A stretch of DNA of 62,597 nt from Octopus bimaculoides. Lineage: Eukaryota. The translations under genes and the position numbers were made by a program. Shown one piece after another: positions 38,278 through 51,280 of the stretch. The notes beneath the pieces were generated by a model. The model saw only the letters and a program-made list of their open reading frames with translations, searched no databases and had not been told where the DNA came from. Positions within the stretch are counted from its first letter, which is position 1. Each line of letters opens with the position of its first letter. The DNA is taken from assembly GCF_001194135.2 (NCBI RefSeq), contig NC_068981.1:171080414-171143010 (forward strand), in the 5' to 3' direction.

Positions 38278-38982
38278 TACAAGAATGCATGTACATATAT
38301 ATATATGTATTTGAGTATCTGTGTAGTTTCTGAGCGAATGTCTTTGTGTGTGTGTATGTGTGCGTACGTGCGTGTGTGTCTGAGTGTGTGTATGTGTGTG
38401 TATGTGTGTATGTGTGTGTGTGTGTGTTTGTATTAGTTTGTAACTGTGTGCTAGTGTGAATATTTGTACAAGTAATAGAATTTATAATGATGCAGCAGTG
38501 AACAACCTTAATTGGTTATAGATAGAATGTTTACTTGGAAAGCCTGACTCATGTCTAGATGATTCGATGTTCTTCTCTAATCATACAAATCCAGATAAAC
38601 TATGGGGTCAATACTGATAAAGACGTCTATAGACATGGCATTGCAGCAAGCAAAGTTTGATGGAAGCCATTGGCAGTTTCTCAAGAGAGAAGGAACGCAA
38701 TGTTATTTGGTTACTTGAATGAGAAATGAAATCTTTTATATGACCCAACAATTAAAGAAAACAAATAAGATGCTATCACAGTAGAACTGCAACTTAATAA
38801 ACGTAATTGACGTTAAATTAAGTCAGAATTATATTTATAGATACTTGGCTTGGCAAGTATCTTCACACACAAACGTGAAGTAACTGCTATGCAACACGCA
38901 AGCACAAACACATACGCGCGCATACCAGCACGTACATATCTGTATTTATATGTATATATGTATATGTATATGTATATATATA

Positions 38983-39015
<33 letters not shown>

Positions 39016-39380
39016 NNNNNNNNNNNNNNNNNNNNNNNNNNNNNNNNNNNNNNNNNNNNNNNNNNNNNNNNNNNNNNNNNNNNNNNNNNNNNNNNNNNNN
39101 NNNNNNNNNNNNNNNNNNNNNNNNNNNNNNNNNNNNNNNNNNNNNNNNNNNNNNNNNNNNNNNNNNNNNNNNNNNNNNNNNNNNNNNNNNNNNNNNNNNN
39201 NNNNNNNNNNNNNNNNNNNNNNNNNNNNNNNNNNNNNNNNNNNNNNNNNNNNNNNNNNNNNNNNNNNNNNNNNNNNNNNNNNNNNNNNNNNNNNNNNNNN
39301 NNNNNNNNNNNNNNNNNNNNNNNNNNNNNNNNNNNNNNNNNNNNNNNNNNNNNNNNNNNNNNNNNNNNNNNNNNNNNNNN

Positions 39381-39423
<43 letters not shown>

Positions 39424-39929
39424 TAGAGAGAGATATAGTCATATAGATATAGATAAATGGATAGTTAGATAGATGGATAGATAGACATATAGACAGACAG
39501 ATAGACAGTCAGAAAGATAGATAGATTTGCTTGATACATATATACATACATACATATACATATATAGGGAGTGAAGTAGAGGGAGACGTATGCATGTACA
39601 TAGATAAACACTCAGTAAGTTTTCTAATCTGATAATATTTCTTTCAGTTAACCCCTGACAAAATATACTTAGCCCAAATTGTATGTAATTTTGAGTTATC
39701 ATTCAGGAAATAATTTAATACACAGAAATGTATTAGATATTCGAAGTATTGGTCACATATTTCAAAGTTGAATTTTTCTTTATGGTTGCCCAGAATAGAT
39801 TAAGACACCCTTTGATGTAATAACCTGAAGTACTGCATCATATTCACTAACTCTGAAATAGTTTAGTATACGCTATAATTTGGTCTCCCTTGATATGAAT
39901 ACTTCGCTTATCTGTATCATGTTTTCGAT

Positions 39930-40080
39930 AAATTTCAATTGCTGCTGAGTATGATCTCTCAAACAAATGATTACGAGAACTGAAGCGCTCCAGGGATCTA
40001 TCACAAACAACATTATAAATGGCATGATAGGTCTTGACTATTGAGCACCTCAAAACGCTCAACCCAAACGGATGGGTAAG
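39930..40080 (+). mobile_element. Short CR1 LINE fragment
   Basis: EALQGSIT and NGMIGLDY* across frameshifts, the same motif as the QRTCTERIKGITDLDY* region of the CR1 at about 58470-58520. Confidence 0.45.
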
Positions 40081-40173
40081 CCTACTCTTTTCTGTCGAGG
40101 GCTTATATGCTCCATTATTAGACTATTTTCCTTAGTCATTGCACGGAGATCGTTATAAGCTTAAAGAGTATAT

Positions 40174-40216
<43 letters not shown>

Positions 40217-41459
40217 NNNNNNNNNNNNNNNNNNNNNNNNNNNNNNNNNNNNNNNNNNNNNNNNNNNNNNNNNNNNNNNNNNNCGTGTGTGATTTATGTA
40301 CATATATATATATGTATACACGACAGCCTTTGCTACAGTTTCTGTCGTGTATATGTCCACCCGAGCTTACAATAGGTGACATTAGCCAAAGTACCATGTA
40401 CTTGCATTTTATTAGAAGTAACCTGAATCCAACGTGAAATTCTTACCCGCATTTTGTTCATAAGCCTAATTTCTATGCTTTTAATTTACAGTTTTATCTA
40501 TCATTTAAATCAAAATGAATCGAGCTTCCATAAGAATACGTGATTTTGTTTCACGCACCAATGTGTTATGTAATTTTACACTCACGTATGCTCTTCGATC
40601 AGACCTTGTGTTACCTTGTCTTGTGTTACATCGTTTCTTTTGATAAACTTGCTGGAAATGTATACAAACTCATGAATACTATATATAAACTTATGAATAC
40701 TAGCTCCATCTACATGAGGGATAAGAATCTCAAACAATGAAGAACGCTTAAGTAACTCTATGATTAGTAGTTGGTTGATTTGTGTAAATAGCATAATGAA
40801 TTTTTTCGATGGGGAAATATTTTAATATATAAGTAATTTTAATCTGTGTGAAGGAAAATAATATTTGATAAACGGGTCAACAGAAGAGGTTGTGAGAGTT
40901 TGCAACTATGTAATATTGTTAAATTTGCGGAAAATGTTTTATCTGATAACAAAAACGGAAATAAAAAAGCTAATATAAAATTTGTTTCGAAGATATATAA
41001 TTTAGGGGAATTATAAGGTCAAAGGGATTGACAGTGTATATCCAATCTATATACTTATACCGTATCAATGTAGAAAGGAAACTTTAATGAGCTATTAAAA
41101 AAACATAAAATAGCTTGAGATACAGAATGCATGTAAATATTAAGTAAACAGTTAGACATGAGATAGAAAAATTCAATGAACAAAACTTTTATACAGAATG
41201 TTGAAAAACCAAACTTGATATAAAAGAATAGAACGTTATTGTTGTGTTAAGACTGCAGTGTTTTGATTATAAACAATTGAAAGGTACACAGAAAATAGTT
41301 ATCAAATTTATTTAGTTGAAAACTAGACGCAATACATACCAATATTCTGTAAAGAAAATAATACAAGAAACACCAGTAAGAACACATTATGTAAACGTAC
41401 ACACATTTGTAAATAGACTTAACACGCACATACACAAATATAAATAAATATATATATAT

Positions 41460-41608
<149 letters not shown>

Positions 41609-42099
41609 TTAGATTATATACTTTGATGCACTACATTTTCCAGATATTTTCGAGTTAATGTTTAGATCAATACTCCACTCCAGTACCCGTATTACACTAT
41701 CATCGTATTACTTAAGCAGGTATAGGCAAGATTGTTATTAAAATGTGCCGTATATTAGAATTATTACAAACAATTACTAATAATTCGATGCATTTAATAC
41801 GTACATTTTGAAGTGGTTACGTAACAATTTGTTATGTAGGTATTATTGGTTTGTTGTTACAAGCAAAATAAAACGACTGAAGATAATAATATCAATTGGA
41901 ACCTATGTATTAAATGCATTTGTATTATCAATAACTTGATTTGTGGTTATTATACATACTTACATAAAAATATGTATATTTGTCTGTGCATCGAATTAAC
42001 AAGGAAAATAGGAACAATTGAGAATGTATGCTAAGCGTCACTATGAAGAATTCAAAGAATTAATTTAAACTTATTCAGGAATATTTTACGGTGTCGGAT

Positions 42100-43400
42100 C
42101 TATTTTTCACGGAACCTAAGTTATTAAAAACTTACTGCCAATGATTTTTACTTCCCTAAGCAGGCCCCCTTTTGCTCCTTTCAAACAACGCTGATGTTCT
42201 CTTTAGAATAGTTTGTATAGATGATATGGTTGAATGTCTAAGTATTGTTAATATAACTACGTATTAATCTTTTTAAAGAATTTGTATAAAATATTCATTA
42301 ACCACTCTTAGTTATATTGAATTATAATATTAACTAGGAAGACACTTCCTTAGATTATTAGAAATTGTCATAATGAAATATATTTATGCTGTTTAATGTG
42401 AAATAAATATCGTCTAATGTACATAATTTTAGCATTTTAAAGAGAGTAATCTGCAATATATATTATTGTAAATACAACATAATGTAAAAGTAAAGGAATA
42501 ATGTTTATTGGTTCAATTATATTTGTATTGATATTAAAAGTTCCTGGATGAAGTTATATTTTCATGTTAAATATGGTCAGTTGCAGAAATTGTTCAGGGA
42601 AGCTAATGGATAGTGTTATTAGATAATTGATGCACTATTTAGAAGTAGTATATCAAAATGTAAGTTATGTACTAGTATAATTTTCAGTAGTAATTTGTGA
42701 TAAAGTTGTCTAAATGTTGTCAAAAATGTGAAGATATATATCTATATAATGAGACATCGTCTCTAAATTTCTCGCAGAATCTAGAATAATATTATGGTTT
42801 CTTAATTATATGTGGGCGGTCTGAAGTAAGAGATGTTTATAATATGAAAAGAATTCCTATGTATGTTTGAATATTTGTTTTAAACTGCAATATGTGGCAT
42901 GGTTAGTGAACGTCAAGAAATTACAGGTATTGTAGTTAAAAGAAGTTTGTGTTTTACAGAATTGCAGAGAAAGGGTAAATATATCTATGTAAATTATAAT
43001 GTAGGCTACTCAGGGAACGGTTAATTGAATATCAGAGGTTACTTATATTCATATCTTTAAATGAATATAAGATACCAAACTAGAAGTTTAACTTATGAAA
43101 TAATATTATAAAAAGACAGAAGCCGATTAATTGGTACCTGTCGACAATATTGCAAACGTAATGTATAAACGTGATGAAATATTTGAAATATTGGAGATGT
43201 TTTAATTATTCTATGCAATATGTAATATTTACTAAATGGTTGTTGAAACATGTTATGTTGGCTAAGATGCTTTCCATGTTAATTGTTGTGCAAAGCTAGG
43301 AAGTATTTGTATTACTCGTATAAACTGTTTCTCAAATTTGGTTTCCATGTGACGCTTGACAGTAAGTTCTCAGCTTCTGTTCCGTTTAGAAATAAGCTGA
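42100..43400 (-). mobile_element. Very old Penelope-like element remnant (RT, linker and GIY-YIG region)
   Basis: Minus-strand motifs in the expected order: (N)FLDV, SDRPHIIKKP (cf. SNHPPHIIKNIP), LTIFN...NINTNII (cf. KIFNRNxxKLSYSCMPNxxxII), RKCLPS (cf. GKCL); many stops. Confidence 0.4.
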
Positions 43401-44453
43401 GAATGTTGATAGTATGTTATTTTAAAGGATGCTTCAGTAAAATAAATGCATAGCAGTTTGTTAGTTTCTAAAACTAAAAAATACCGATCTAACAAAAATA
43501 ATATATATATATTTGGTATTTGAAGTTATTTCATCTCATAGTTTTGGAATTAAGCATGTGATTGTCGTTTGTATTGCTTTGATGAGAATTTACCTTGCGT
43601 GATTGAATGTTGTTTTGATATAATTTGTGATTAATACTTTGTATTATTTATATCATTTTATTTAGTACTTTATGAATTAAAGAACATTTTATAATTGATG
43701 TGACTACATATAAATAAAACGGCAGATTACACAGCGTTCCATGCTTTTTTCTTTCTTGTTCTATGATGAATCTAGATTTGTCGATACTGTGATGTATTTT
43801 GAATCCACGTGGATTGAGTGCATCATTTCATTAATTGTAAAATTACAAATATTTTGTGGCCTGCTTTCTTGCATCGAGGTAATCCCCGCTGAAAGTAACC
43901 AAAGTGATAGTGGTCGTGTTAATCCGGGCGAATCGTCAGTCTACAACGTATTAGATTAGGAAGAAAATGTTTAAGCGGAAGGAAACAAGTATTCAAGGCT
44001 GAATCATGTATGCTATAAATTTGAGTGAAGGAATACGATGGTATATTAGATTGATGTTTTCGAGCAGTCGTGGTTATATCACTTACTCTTTATATGTTAA
44101 TAAGTCTTCACAAAGTGCATCAACCAGTGTAGATAAAAGTGAGTCTCGTCTACCATTCCCCACGAAGGCTACCCCGAAGATTCGAAGCGATCATCCATTT
44201 TAAACGTACTCGAGAATTATCACTAGTATGACATCACAGAACTGATCTGTTACGCTACTAACAATTTAAGAAACCACATTGATTATTAATATATGCATCA
44301 AATATTCTTCCGTACAAGCATTTATTATTCATTATTCATTCTCATTTTTCACTTATTACTTGCATATACATTCATTGACATAATTTCCATCATGCTAACT
44401 CATTCGATTTAAGAGATAACATAGGAACAGGGCTATACAAAGGTTCTGCATAT

Positions 44454-44454
<1 letters not shown>

Positions 44455-44540
<86 letters not shown>
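44455..44540. repeat. (TG)n microsatellite
   Basis: Pure TG run. Confidence 0.98.
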
Positions 44541-44545
<5 letters not shown>

Positions 44546-46819
44546 GATAACTTAGAAATATCTGGTTTGGTATCCAGGTACGATTTTAGCTAACCAGGGA
44601 GGATTGAACACTAAGCCAAGGCAAAGGTAACTCCATCCAGGACACGGAGACACTGCGGTATGTTGTTCATTTCCACCAAGTTTTTCCGAAAAAGTGTGGT
44701 TGGTCCTGCACAGACCTTCATTACTGAAAACAATTCTCTGTGTAAGTTGTCTAACAGGGCTGCTGAATCCTCACATGTGCAGATTGAGGGGAAAATCCAC
44801 TGCATATCCTTCTATCCATCCCCGTCCATCAATCTATCTATCTATCATCTCTGTGTTTGTACGTGTTTGTATGTGCGAGCGTACACATTATTTAGACAGC
44901 TAAATGGATAGATATAACTATATTTTATAGGTATTACTATGTACATTACGAAAGCAAAATAAATTACAACAAACAGCAAAAGAAAAAAGACATATCCTTT
45001 CCCACCATATAACGAAAACCCGTCATGAGTCAACAATGATTCTACAATAATGACCCAATGCAGCTATAACCGAGTGTTTATCAGGATCATCCACCTCCGT
45101 TCATACAGGCCGTACCAGCAAGTACCCACAAATGACATCATCCGCAACGAGAATTTATCACCATGAGGCGGACAGTAACCAAGGCGCTGCATACTAAAGT
45201 AGGATTACACCTCATGTAAGAGTGGTAAGTTAAATTTCCGTATACCTGTTAATATACAGTCACATTTTCATCTGCTTTGCCAAGACTGAATTGCCGGAAA
45301 TCCCATTGTTGATGCTGCAGGCCTTGTTGGATGGAATCGCCGGTGTGAAGGCAGAGAGTCTATGTCATTCGTGACCACAAGACGCATTCAGCTTTTCCTT
45401 GAAATTGAAATTGAAAGAGCTGTCCGCATTCAAAAAGATGGGTATCTCCAAGTGTCTGTCGTTACAAGTTATGAGGATGTTATTTAAAGTGTGTGCGTGT
45501 CGGTATGTATGTATATGTATATATGTATATAATATATATGTATATAATATATATGTATATATACTCACATATATTCACATATGTATGTGTATACATTTAT
45601 ATCAAATATACTTATTCATATATATATATATTGATATATGTGCGTATGTATGCGTATAGATATATAGGAATNNNNNNNNNNNNNNNNNNNNNNNNNNNNN
45701 NNNNNNNNNNNNNNNNNNNNNNNNNNNNNNNNNNNNNNNNNNNNNNNNNNNNNNNNNNNNNNNNNNNNNNNNNNNNNNNNNNNNNNNNNNNNNNNNNNNN
45801 NNNNNNNNNNNNNNNNNNNNNNNNNNNNNNNNNNNNNNNNNNNNNNNNNNNNNNNNNNNNNNNNNNNNNNNNNNNNNNNNNNNNNNNNNNNNNNNNNNNN
45901 NNNNNNNNNNNNNNNNNNNNNNNNNNNNNNNNNNNNNNNNNNNNNNNNNNNNNNNNNNNNNNNNNNNNNNNNNNNNNNNNNNNNNNNNNNNNNNNNNNNN
46001 NNNNNNNNNNNNNNNNNNNNNNNNNNNNNNNNNNNNNNNNNNNNNNNNNNNNNNNNNNNNNNNNNNNNNNNNNNNNNNNNNNNNNNNNNNNNNNNNNNNN
46101 NNNNNNNNNNNNNNNNNNNNNNNNNNNNNNNNNNNNNNNNNNNNNNNNNNNNNNNNNNNNNNNNNNNNNNTATATATATATATATATATATGCATGTATA
46201 TAGGTCTCGGCCCCTTCGTCTATCACCCCTTTGGGTCACTCTAACACCCTTGAACCGGACTATAGACGAAGAAGCGCTGCATAAACGTCTGCCCGACCAT
46301 CAATAAACCTCCGATGGAATTAGCACGCCTGCGGATCGCTTGTTCAACTCCTACTTTTTGTCGCCACCAACATTCTTTCGGCATATGTTCATAGAAATTC
46401 GAATCGGTGTATTGAACAGAATTTGAACTAATGTTACTAAAATGCTAATAATACCATCTGACTCGTACTGTCCAATAGCAGACCATCTTGAACTCACCTC
46501 ATTCGGTTTTTCCGAGTCTAATGAGCTAGTTGCATTGGACGTGTCTATGGAACTTCAAGCCCTATGGAAACGAATCAAGTTGTTATTAAATGATATAAGT
46601 AGCTTCTACCAAAACCTGTGAGTGTCTCTCACTTTTGAGGTCTAGTAACTCATATATATGTGTGTGTATGTGTATATATATATATGTAACAGAAAGGAAG
46701 TAATTTCGATTTTCCCTACGTGGTGAGTTGTACTATATATAAGAAATTTAAGAAGCAAAATGCACATACTTTACAAAATTATACATATATAATTTTTTAA
46801 ATATTTTATATTGTGTTTG

Positions 46820-47533
46820 TCGACCGGTTTCTCTTTCGCTAATCATGACATTAAAATTTATTTTAAATACGTATTTTCTTAAGAGAAATTTTTTTGTGCA
46901 TGTTGTGTGTGGAGCTTATGAATGAATGATTCAACAAGTAGAAGGGGGGGTTAATTGGTTATTGTTATTATTGCGGACGGGTGAGATAATTGTTCATCGT
47001 TCGGGATATATATATATATATATATAGACATACATATACAAAAATTCAAAAACTAGAGTGGTGGGAAGAAATATGTACAGTGATGGGTATGAATTAAAAA
47101 ATGTATAGAGATCAAAGTTGGTTATGCGTGCATATTTAGACGTGTTCTGTATTTTTCGATGAATAAATTTTGTTTCTTTAAACGTTCTTCTATAGAAATT
47201 GTATCTTTGCACTGGTAGAAGGGGAAATTTGTAAAAATTTAGTTTGATGTTACCTGTATATCTCTCTATGTGTTCACTTAAAGGAATTTATCTGTATTGC
47301 GGGAAGCGGGCCTGCTCTTTATGTAGAGTGTCTCTCCGTCTAAATGTCTTACACGTTTGTCCTATATAGTGATGTCCACAACCCGAGCAGATTATTACAT
47401 AAATTTGATTCTCAGAGGCACATGTGAAGTTGGTTTTAATTGTGAACCTCTCTCCTTGTTTGAAAAGGAAATCCGAGCCTTCAAGTCGGTCGAGGTATGT
47501 TCCACAGTTTGGGCGTCCACATTCTTTAATTTC
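46820..47533 (-). mobile_element. Penelope-like element 3' fragment: GIY-YIG endonuclease, 3' UTR and terminal-repeat remnant
   Basis: KECGRPNCGT...TNFTCASENQIYVIICSGCGHHYIGQTCKTFRRRDTLHKEQ (Cys-rich linker plus IY...YIG); ORF end LNMHA* at 47122; GAAACCGGTC hammerhead-like half at 46822-46831. Confidence 0.85.
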
Positions 47534-47534
47534 T

Positions 47535-47596
<62 letters not shown>

Positions 47597-47619
47597 CACA
47601 TATATTTGTATATATACAT

Positions 47620-47725
47620 ACGAAATAGAACGATAGAATAAGTACCAGGCTTAAAAAGTAAGTACTGCCCCAGCATGACCGCAGTCTAATAACTGAAACA
47701 AATAAAAGATGAAAGATAAAGATAC
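47620..47725 (+). mobile_element. SINE 3' tail fragment (family C), internally deleted
   Basis: GAACGATAGAATAAGTACCAGGCTT...CCAGCATGACCGCAGTCTAATAACTGAAACAAATAAAAG. Confidence 0.75.
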
Positions 47726-48377
47726 ATACAAATGCATATAACTGATTAAGTAGGTATGTAAGTTAGGTAGGGAGGCATATGTATAATGTATATGTATATA
47801 TGCTTGTATATACATGATACAATATTGTTTCATTGCTTCCTTTCTCAATATATTTTTATTCTAACAGAATAACATCATATTTAACAGTAACATATCTTTT
47901 CCAACGTGATGATTTTTGCTTTTATATAATTCCATCTTCAATATTAATTCTGTTCTCCTTATGCTCACCCATTATTTACTGCGTGCTATAGTTCCTGACT
48001 TTAGGCATTCATGTACATTTAACATTAACTGTCCAGGTGTGATTTTCCCGCAAAAGAAAAAAACGAAGCCTGAAAACGATAAGTTTTAACACGTAGAACA
48101 CATGAATTTTTTAATATGTCCACACAACACCTAATCAATTTCATTCTAAACTTAACGTGTTTTATCATTCAGAATTATGATTAGTTCAAAAACTGCATTG
48201 TTTTAGATTATCTATCTTCCAGCTATTTCTGTGAAAGAAGAATTTAAAGTCTTAAATGAAAATGAGACACGCAATAAGTATATTTTATAAATAATCTTGA
48301 GAACGGAATGGATGATACAATAATTATTCTTCATACATACATATATATATATATACCTACATGCACATACATATATT

Positions 48378-48441
<64 letters not shown>

Positions 48442-48817
48442 TACCCATATATGTAGACTGGGACGAACTCAATAGCCTAAAACAACAGCGAAGTCAGAAT
48501 ACATACATACATACATACGTACACACACGCACACTCATACAGTCAGAGCTGATGGACCCTGATATAAAAGAAAAATATTCAATGCTTAGTTACACGATCT
48601 TACACGTCGCAACTAAATATTAGGAGGCCCTTTCTTTTTCAACAATTTCATGCTAAAAATTTTATGTATATGTATATATATATATATATGTATATATGTA
48701 TATATATTCATGTACATATATATATGTCTGTATACATGTATATACATATACACACATATATACACATGTGCACATATATGCGTTTGTATATACATCCTCA
48801 TATATATAAATAAATAA

Positions 48818-48897
<80 letters not shown>

Positions 48898-49281
48898 NNN
48901 NNNNNNNNNNNNNNNNNNNNNNNNNNNNNNNNNNNNNNNNNNNNNNNNNNNNNNNNNNNNNNNNNNNNNNNNNNNNNNNNNNNNNNNNNNNNNNNNNNNN
49001 NNNNNNNNNNNNNNNNNNNNNNNNNNNNNNNNNNNNNNNNNNNNNNNNNNNNNNNNNNNNNNNNNNNNNNNNNNNNNNNNNNNNNNNNNNNNNNNNNNNN
49101 NNNNNNNNNNNNNNNNNNNNNNNNNNNNNNNNNNNNNNNNNNNNNNNNNNNNNNNNNNNNNNNNNNNNNNNNNNNNNNNNNNNNNNNNNNNNNNNNNNNN
49201 NNNNNNNNNNNNNNNNNNNNNNNNNNNNNNNNNNNNNNNNNNNNNNNNNNNNNNNNNNNNNNNNNNNNNNNNNNNNNNNNN

Positions 49282-50399
49282 NCAGCTAAAACAGTATCCA
49301 GTTCTTGTAGTGATGATGGTGCAGAATATCGACTCATTACTTGTTTTTCTATAATGCACCATAAATGTTGAATAATATTGAGATCTGTGGACTGTGGTGG
49401 TGAGATAAGATGTTCAACTTCACTAGAATGCTCCTCGTGCCGTTCAGTAACAACTTTAGCTGTGTGAATTGGTGCATTATCATCCTGAAAGATTGCGTTT
49501 CCCTCAGGAAACAGTTCCGCAACCATAGGATGAATTTGATCAGATAAATGCTTAAATAGTCTTGACTATTAATTCTGCCATAAATGGAAACCATCGGACC
49601 AGCGGATTTACAAGATGTCGCCACCCACCCACCACCAGATCATCATAGATCCTCCTCCATGTTTAACAGTTGGAAGATGGCAGTCTAAGTCAAATGCATC
49701 TTTTGGTTGTCTCCACATGTATACTCGGCCAGTGGTCGGATATAAGGTAAAGTATAACTTGTCCGAGAAAATACCACTCTTCCTCTGCTCTAGGGACCAA
49801 TTCTATAGGTTTTTACTTCACTTTAAACGCTTTGCAACGTTTGTTTTTGAAAGTAGTGGTTTTCTGATTGCAGCCCTTTCGTGAAATCCGCTTTGTGCAG
49901 CTTTCGGTGAACAGTCTTTGTGGAAACTGGGTTCTCGAGGTGGTCATTAGGCTGTGTTGTAATTTTGGGAGCTGTACTTTTGTGATCCTTTCTGAAATTC
50001 GCGTAAGAATCCGACGGTCCCTATCTGAACGGTTTGGTTTTCTCCCAGAGTTTTGTTTCGACGAGGAGGTTTTTCCCTCTTTCTCAAAAGCTGTCATTAC
50101 TTTCTAGACAGTACTTCTTGATACGCCAAGCATTTCGGCTGTTTTCGTTACGCTAGCACCTGCCATACGAGCACCAAAAATTTGAATTCTTTGAAAGTCC
50201 GATAGACGTCATTTTAATGAATTTTAATTACCTTTTTCTGATGATAACTGAAAAGAAACAGCAATTTTAGCAAAGCATATTAAGCAACACTAATAATAAA
50301 TAAATAAACATAAAAATAAACAAGCTTTTGACGGTTTTACTCATATTCCAAAATTATGATGCTATGATGCTAATTTTTTTCCATTATTTTGTCCAAACC

Positions 50400-50404
<5 letters not shown>
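49282..50404 (-). mobile_element. Tc1-family transposon, near full length, D-36-E spacing; one end lost in an N-gap
   Basis: LSDFQRIQIFGARMAGASVTKTAEMLGVSRSTV (HTH), SGRKP, FQDDNAPIHT...PPQSTDLNIIQHLW; terminus TA-CAGGGTTTGGACAAAATAATGGAAA; frameshifts, catalytic E to Q. Confidence 0.9.
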
Positions 50405-50435
<31 letters not shown>

Positions 50436-50447
50436 ATGTACATATGC

Positions 50448-50480
<33 letters not shown>

Positions 50481-50502
50481 TTCATATATGCGTGTGTACA
50501 CA

Positions 50503-51042
50503 CTAGCAATGCATCCCGGCGTTGCCCGGGTGTTATGACATTCACCTATATTGTATTATTTGCTCCTTTCTTATGGCCAGAATCAGCACAGCTGATATAT
50601 AGTGAACTGGATTACTGGCGTAATGGAAGTTATTGTCTGTTTAAAAGTGAAGGGTGAGTACAATTTGCATGGGTTTGCATGAAAGTGCTTTCTGTTCTTA
50701 AGAAGAATCACTGACTATATATTGCTTCATCGAATAAAAGAGGGTCATTATGATTTTGCTCAGAAATCACGTTTTCTAAATTGCAGTTTATCTCCGTACC
50801 CACCGGGTACCGGGATAAAACTTTTACGAAGTTTTTTTTTTCTTGATCCATGTAGAAAAATACTGGGAAATATATTTTTCTTTTAAATTTTAATTTATCT
50901 TAAAGAAACACTCAATGCGTTCCCTCACCTCACCCACTCATCACCTACACGCTTTGAAAAAGCTGAAAACACCCAATGTTTCACTTTTGACTGATGGTTT
51001 GCGCATGCGTAGAATTGTATTAAAATAGGTGATGTAAAAAAT
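50503..51042 (-). mobile_element. Non-autonomous Helitron, 3' terminus (extent toward the gap uncertain)
   Basis: Minus strand CCCGG-GCAACG-CCGGG hairpin (50515-50530), 8-nt spacer, CTAG then T (50506-50502): the canonical Helitron 3' end. Confidence 0.7.
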
Positions 51043-51232
51043 NNNNNNNNNNNNNNNNNNNNNNNNNNNNNNNNNNNNNNNNNNNNNNNNNNNNNNNNNN
51101 NNNNNNNNNNNNNNNNNNNNNNNNNNNNNNNNNNNNNNNNNNNNNNNNNNNNNNNNNNNNNNNNNNNNNNNNNNNNNNNNNNNNNNNNNNNNNNNNNNNN
51201 NNNNNNNNNNNNNNNNNNNNNNNNNNNNNNNN

Positions 51233-51280
<48 letters not shown>

